A stretch of 64,000 bases of DNA from an uncultured delta proteobacterium (GTDB lineage: Bacteria > Myxococcota_A > Polyangia > Polyangiales > Polyangiaceae), in NCBI GenBank assembly GCA_963841435.1, contig CAWJCS010000004.1, positions 416,001 through 480,000 on the forward strand, in the 5' to 3' direction. Position 1 is the stretch's first letter. The number at the start of each line of letters is the position of its first letter. Shown here one piece after another: positions 57,940 through 64,000 of this stretch. Under the pieces are notes generated by a model. That model was not told where the DNA came from and ran no database searches. It saw only the letters and a list, made by a program, of their open reading frames with translations. A program made the position numbers and the translations under genes.

Positions 57940-58138
57940 CGTCCCAACGGCAGGCCTCTCGAACGGCGGCCGCTGACTGGCTGGCCGGTCCTGGCCGGGA
58001 ATCGTGCGTTTCTCGCCGAACACCCAGCAAGTGTTTATGTATGTGATTCCGCGCTCCTGGGCGGGTCCGCGGGCCGGTCCTTTGAGCCCCGATTGCGGAG
58101 GCCCAAACACGCGTGCTACGAGCTGGGGGCTCAGATAG

Positions 58139-59278
<1,140 letters not shown>

Positions 59279-59325
59279 GGGCCGCGACGAGCGGCCCCCA
59301 CCGCTAGGACGCCTGGAATCGCATC

Positions 59326-60204
59326 ATGGGCCTCTTCAAGCGGCTGCGCGACACGGTGCTCGTCGTCCTGCTCCTGGCACTCCCGTTCTTCTTTTTGCGC
59401 GCGAGCATTCGGCGTCCGGAGGAGCTCAGCGCAGTAGACCGCGCCATCTTGCGCATCGCCGCTCCGTTGCAGTACGCCGCAGCGGCGCTGTCGCGTGGCA
59501 CTTCGCGCCTCGTGGGGCAATACGTCTACCTCGTGGATGTAAAATCGGACAACGATCGGCTCGTGTACGAAAATGCCCGCCTCCGAGCGGGACAGCGCGA
59601 GCTCGCGAGCTCACTCGCGGAGAACCGGCGCCTGCGCCGCCTGCTCGGCTTGCGCGACACGTTGCAGCACGAGACGGTCAGCGCCCTCGTCGTCAGCAAG
59701 GACACGACCGAATACTTTCGCGTCTGGCACCTCACGGTCGACGCGCCGAACGCCCAGATCAAGCCCAACATGCCCGTCATCTCGCTCGACGGCGCGGTCG
59801 GAACGGTGCTGCGCGTCGCCGAGCACGAGGCCGACGTGCAGCTCACCGTGGACAGCGGATTCGGCGTCGACGTCGTCGTCGAGCGTACGGGCGCCCGCGG
59901 CTTCGTGCGAGGCTCGGGCGATCGCTCGAAATACGCCGTACGAGTCGAGTACGTGCCGCGCACCGATCTCGTCGAGGTGGGCGACCTGCTCGTCACGAGC
60001 GGCGTTGGTTGCCGCTTTCCGAAGGGAATCCCCGTGGCGCGCGTCTCGAAGGTGTTGAGGCGCGACTTCGGCATCTACCAGACGGTGGAGGCGGAACCGA
60101 CCGTCGATTTTTCGCGCCTCGAAGAGGTGCTCGTGGTGCTTGCCGACCAGAGCGAATGCGACGCCTCTCCCGTTCCGGGTCGGCGCCAGCGAGCCCAGCG
60201 ATGA
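59326..60204 (+). CDS. mreC: Rod shape-determining protein MreC
   Basis: TM, coiled coil ENRRLRRLL, GDLLVTSG..FPKGIPV. Confidence 0.92.
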   Translation: MGLFKRLRDTVLVVLLLALPFFFLRASIRRPEELSAVDRAILRIAAPLQYAAAALSRGTSRLVGQYVYLVDVKSDNDRLVYENARLRAGQRELASSLAENRRLRRLLGLRDTLQHETVSALVVSKDTTEYFRVWHLTVDAPNAQIKPNMPVISLDGAVGTVLRVAEHEADVQLTVDSGFGVDVVVERTGARGFVRGSGDRSKYAVRVEYVPRTDLVEVGDLLVTSGVGCRFPKGIPVARVSKVLRRDFGIYQTVEAEPTVDFSRLEEVLVVLADQSECDASPVPGRRQRAQR

Positions 60205-60219
60205 AAGGGCGGGTCGACC

Positions 60220-60756
60220 ATGCGTAGTCTCGCCTACCTCGGCGTTGCGGTTCTCCTGCTCCTCGTGCAGAGCAATCTGTTCCGGCTGACGGGGCCGATC
60301 GCCGGTTTGTTCGGGCTCTCGTGGCCCCACGGCCTCACGCCGAGCCTGGTGCTGCCCCTGATCGTGTTTTTGGGTGTGCACGAACTCTCGACGGCGCGCG
60401 GCGCGCTCCTCGCGTTCGCCATCGGCTACGCGGAGGACATCCTCGGTGGCGCGCCGATTGGCCTTTTCACCTTCGTGTCGGTGGCCGTGTGGTGGCTCTC
60501 CCGCGTCACGGGGGTCCGGCTCACCGCGCAGACCGCCTTGCCCCGCATGTCGCTCGCGCTCGCGTTCGCGCTCGTCGAGGGCGCGCTCGTCCTCATTTTG
60601 CTAGCCGTCTTCGGCGACGACAATCGGCGCCCTGTCGAGATTGCAAGCGTGGTCGTGCCGCGCGCCATTGCGACGGCCGTCTGCTCACCGCCCGTCTTCC
60701 GGCTCGCGCAACGCCTGCGCCAGGGTCCCGTTCCTGGGCGGGTTCCGGAGACCTGA
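60220..60756 (+). CDS. mreD: Rod shape-determining protein MreD
   Basis: Hydrophobic 178 aa protein with GYAEDI, between mreC and mrdA. Confidence 0.8.
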   Translation: MRSLAYLGVAVLLLLVQSNLFRLTGPIAGLFGLSWPHGLTPSLVLPLIVFLGVHELSTARGALLAFAIGYAEDILGGAPIGLFTFVSVAVWWLSRVTGVRLTAQTALPRMSLALAFALVEGALVLILLAVFGDDNRRPVEIASVVVPRAIATAVCSPPVFRLAQRLRQGPVPGRVPET

Positions 60757-60759
60757 GCC

Positions 60760-62689
60760 TTGCGCATTTTCGTGCAGCGCTCGGACGTCGGCGAGTTCCG
60801 CCGCCACTATCGCTGGATGGTGCTCGGCGTGTTCACGGGCTTTTTTCTGCTCGTGGGGCGCCTCGTCCAGCTGCAGCTCATCGAGGGCGACGTGCATCGC
60901 GCGCAGGCCCGCCGCAACATCATCCGGGAGGGCTACCTAGCGACCACGCGTGGGGTCATTCGCGACGCGCTCGGACGCGTGCTCGCCGCCAATCGGCCCG
61001 CCTACAACGTGTACGTCACGCCAGCGCGACTCGACATGGAGAAGGGTTGGCCGCTCGTCGTGCGGCTCGCGCGCCTCGAAGACGACGAACGCAAGGCCGC
61101 GGAAAAGAAGATCGTCGAGCGTCGTAAGCTCGATCCGAAGGATCGCCGACGCATGCAGCAGATCCTCGTCAAGGTGGACATCGATCGCGATGCGGTCGCC
61201 TATCTCGAAACCCACGAGCGCGAGCTCGACGGCATCGAGGTCGCTCCCGCGCCCGTGCGGTATTACCCGTTCGGCTCGCTCGGCGCACACCTGGTCGGCA
61301 CGATGCGGGAGGTGAGCCGCGAGGATCTCGCTGGGCTCGGGGAGCGCGGCTACCGCTCGGGCGACCGCACGGGTGCGATCGGCATCGAACGACGCTGGGA
61401 AAGCTACCTGCGCGGGCAGCGCGGTATGCGAAAGACGGTCCGCGGCGCCGGCCGGCGCCTCGACCCCGAGGCGCTCGAGGCGAAATACCTCGAAGAGCCC
61501 CGACGCGTCGAGCCCATCCCCGGCCGCGACGTGTCGCTCACCGTCGACGTCGACGTCGAAGCGGCCGTCGAGCGCGCCATGCGTGGTCAGCTCGCCGGGG
61601 CGGTTGTCGTCGCCGACGTGCGCACGGGGCGCATTCTGGCGGCGCTCTCCAAGCCGAGCTTCGACCCGAACGTCGTCTCGGGCGGGCAGGGGAGCAAGGC
61701 CGTGAGCGAAGCCTTCACGCGGCTCTACGCCGATCCGCTCAAGCCGACCCTCGACAAGACCATCTCCGCAGCTTACCCGCCGGGCTCCACCTACAAGCCC
61801 TTTAGCGCACTCGCGGGTCTCGCTGACGGACTCATCGACCCGCGCGCCGAGGTTGATTGTCGTGGCGGCTACGAATACGGCAAGCGCTACTTTCGTTGCA
61901 CCGGAGTACACCGCCGCGTGAACCTGCACGCCGCGATCGTGCAATCGTGCAACACGTACTTTTACGACCTCGGTTCGCGCATCAGTATCGACCGCCTGGC
62001 GTCAATCGGGCTCGATTTCGGCTTCGGGGTCGCAACGGGCATCGGCGTGAACCCCGAGGCGCGCGGGCGCATGCCCACGCGCGGCTGGTACACGCGCCGC
62101 TACAAAGAAGCGTTCCGCGGCGGCTTCACGGTTCTCTCCGCGATCGGCCAGGGGGCGACCACGGTCACGGTGCTCCAACTCGCGCTCGCGTACGCGGCGC
62201 TCGCCAACGGCGGCACCGTGTACCAACCTCAGGTCGTTCGCAGCATCGAGACGAGCGACGGGACGATCGTCCAGGAGTTTCCGCCGCGCGTGCGCCGCAT
62301 CGTCCACCTCAAGCCCGAGCACCTCGCGCTGGTCACGTCCGCGCTGCACGACGTCGTCGAACAACCGGCACGGCACGGCTTACGCGGAGCGCATCGAGGG
62401 CGTCGACGTCGCAGGCAAGACCGGTACGGCCCAGGTGAGCCATGTCACGCCGAAAGGAGTCGATCCGGGCCGGGTCTGGTACTTCAACCGCGACCACGCC
62501 TGGTTCGCGGGCTACGCCCCGGCCGGCTCGCCCGAGATCGCCATCGTCGTGCTCATCGAGCACGGCGGCGGCGGTGGCAAAAACGCCGCTCCCGTCGCGA
62601 TGCGCGTGATCCGCGACTGGCAGAAGCTCAAGGCGGATCGCCTTTCGTCGCGCGCTCCGAAGGACCAACCCGCGCGGGGGAATCTCTAG
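60760..62689 (+). CDS. mrdA: Penicillin-binding protein 2; +1 frameshift near 62368
   Basis: RGVIRD, PGSTYK (SxxK) and SCN (SxN) are in frame. GKTGTAQ and DHAWF lie in the shifted frame, which ends at TAG 62689. Confidence 0.88.
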
Positions 62690-62691
62690 CC

Positions 62692-63807
62692 GTGCGGGAT
62701 CGGGTCTCGTTTCGCAGCGGCCCTGGTATCGACATGCCGCTGCTCGCGGTGCTCGTCGCCATCATCACGCTCGGGCTCGTCAACCTCTACAGTGCCACCA
62801 GCGTCTACGCCGACGACGCGCAGCGCGTGCAGCTCGCCGACATCTACGTCTCGCAGATCTATTGGATCGTCGTCGGCACGCTGCTAGCCATCCTGGTCGC
62901 GTCGATCGACTATCGAAACTTCGAGCGCTTGGCGATGATCGCCTACTTCGGAGGGCTCGTCGCGCTGGGGCTCGTGTTCGTGCTCGCGCGCAACATTCGC
63001 GGTGCGTCGCGCTGGATCGCGTTCGGCAGCTTCAACTTTCAACCGAGCGAGTTCATGAAGATCGTGCTGATCCTCGTGATCGCGCGCTACCTGCACAACG
63101 ACCCCAAGATCGAGCCACGGACGCTGCTCGACCTCGCGCCGCCCGCCTTCTTGACGCTGGTTCCGGTCGCCTTCGTGATGGCGCAGCCCGACCTCGGGAC
63201 ATCACTAATCTATCTGCTCACCGCCGGTTCCATGCTGGCGATGACCAAGATCCGCAAACGTAGCCTCGCCACGCTCGGCGCCATGGTGGCTGTGGCACTG
63301 CCGCTTGCCTGGAACTTCCTCCTCCTGCCGTACCAGAAGGATCGCATCACGAGCTTTCTGAATCCGGAGAACGACAAGACGGGGGCCGGCTGGCACGCAC
63401 TCCAATCGCAGACCGCGATCGGCAATGGGCAGCTCTTCGGGGAAGGCTTCATGCAGGGGACGCAGAATCAATTTCAGTTCTTGCCCGATCAGTTCTCGGA
63501 TTTTCCCTTCGCCGTCCTCTGTGAAGATTGGGGTTTCGTCGGCGCCGTGGTGCTGCTCGGGCTGTACTGTTTCGCCTGCATCTGGGCGATCCACGTCGCC
63601 TCGCAGGCTCGCGATCGCTTCGGTGCGGCACTCGCCATCGGTGTTGGGGCGAACCTCTTCTGGCACGTGGTGCTCAACGTCGGGATGGCCATCGGGCTCT
63701 TGCCGGTCGTGGGTGTCACGCTGCCGCTCTTTTCGTACGGCGGCTCCAATGTCGTGACGATGATGGTCGCCTTGGGCCTCCTGATGAACGTTTCCATGCG
63801 GCGCTGA
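62692..63807 (+). CDS. rodA: SEDS peptidoglycan glycosyltransferase RodA
   Basis: GASRWI, FQPSEFMK, QPDLGT, YQKDRI, FSDF, GVTLPLFSYGGS; GTG 62692. Confidence 0.92.
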   Translation: MRDRVSFRSGPGIDMPLLAVLVAIITLGLVNLYSATSVYADDAQRVQLADIYVSQIYWIVVGTLLAILVASIDYRNFERLAMIAYFGGLVALGLVFVLARNIRGASRWIAFGSFNFQPSEFMKIVLILVIARYLHNDPKIEPRTLLDLAPPAFLTLVPVAFVMAQPDLGTSLIYLLTAGSMLAMTKIRKRSLATLGAMVAVALPLAWNFLLLPYQKDRITSFLNPENDKTGAGWHALQSQTAIGNGQLFGEGFMQGTQNQFQFLPDQFSDFPFAVLCEDWGFVGAVVLLGLYCFACIWAIHVASQARDRFGAALAIGVGANLFWHVVLNVGMAIGLLPVVGVTLPLFSYGGSNVVTMMVALGLLMNVSMRR

Positions 63808-63852
63808 ATTCGCCTGCGCGCCGCACCCAGGCCGGGTGGAGCGCTGTGATCG

Positions 63853-64000
63853 ATGCTCGGGGGGTCGAGCATTACGGGCGTGCTGAGCCGCGTCCGAGGG
63901 CTTTCCCTTCTGGTGCTCGGATTACCCGTTGCGGCTTGCAGCGCTGGAAGCGCCACCGGCGACCACGCCTCGAGCGGAGGCGCTCCCGTTGCGGGCACGG
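63853..64000 (+). CDS. Lipoprotein, 3'-truncated by the window edge
   Basis: Hydrophobic stretch then lipobox VAAC and a Ser/Gly-rich start; open to the end of the window. Confidence 0.5.
   Translation, partial: MLGGSSITGVLSRVRGLSLLVLGLPVAACSAGSATGDHASSGGAPVAGT

Noticed and set aside
60760-63807. 1015-aa PBP2-RodA fusion ORF
   Set aside because: The read-through frame loses the KTG motif and is nonsense from 62368 to 62691. Removing one G restores PBP2 ending at 62689 and a separate rodA. The fused topology would also be implausible.

Overview
A gene-dense, high-GC chromosomal window that looks myxobacterial (Polyangiaceae/Sorangium-like; inferred from gene content). I found no rRNA, tRNA, CRISPR array, transposase or phage genes. 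It opens with a Glt/Nfs-like trans-envelope cluster (TPR proteins, a GltF-like small protein, a degenerate TolQ/ExbB-like membrane protein and a GltG/PglI-like protein), followed directly by a short-OPX/beta-barrel polysaccharide export module. Next come housekeeping genes (maf, rluD, ygfZ, cysK, mazG, rlmN, biotin carboxylase, phosphosugar mutase, an M16 peptidase pair, lepA, a cdbA-like RHH gene, a second pseudouridine synthase, pepP) and the mreB-mreC-mreD-mrdA-rodA operon. Interspersed accessory modules are: a MoxR-ACP operon with two KS-CLF fusion proteins; five paralogous Gly-rich vWA lipoproteins in two clusters; two Dx[DN]xDG-repeat lipoproteins; an LRR lipoprotein; a Cys-less class II amidotransferase; a zinc-ribbon/Tudor-like protein; a non-canonical Lgt paralog; and a tandem-RRM protein. 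Four single-base insertions (near 26385, 37298, 40773 and 62368) break otherwise intact genes and are most likely sequencing errors; one of them creates a false mrdA-rodA fusion. Several genes show a leaderless TAnnnT-N6-start architecture. All family assignments come from motifs recognised by eye; no database searches were run.
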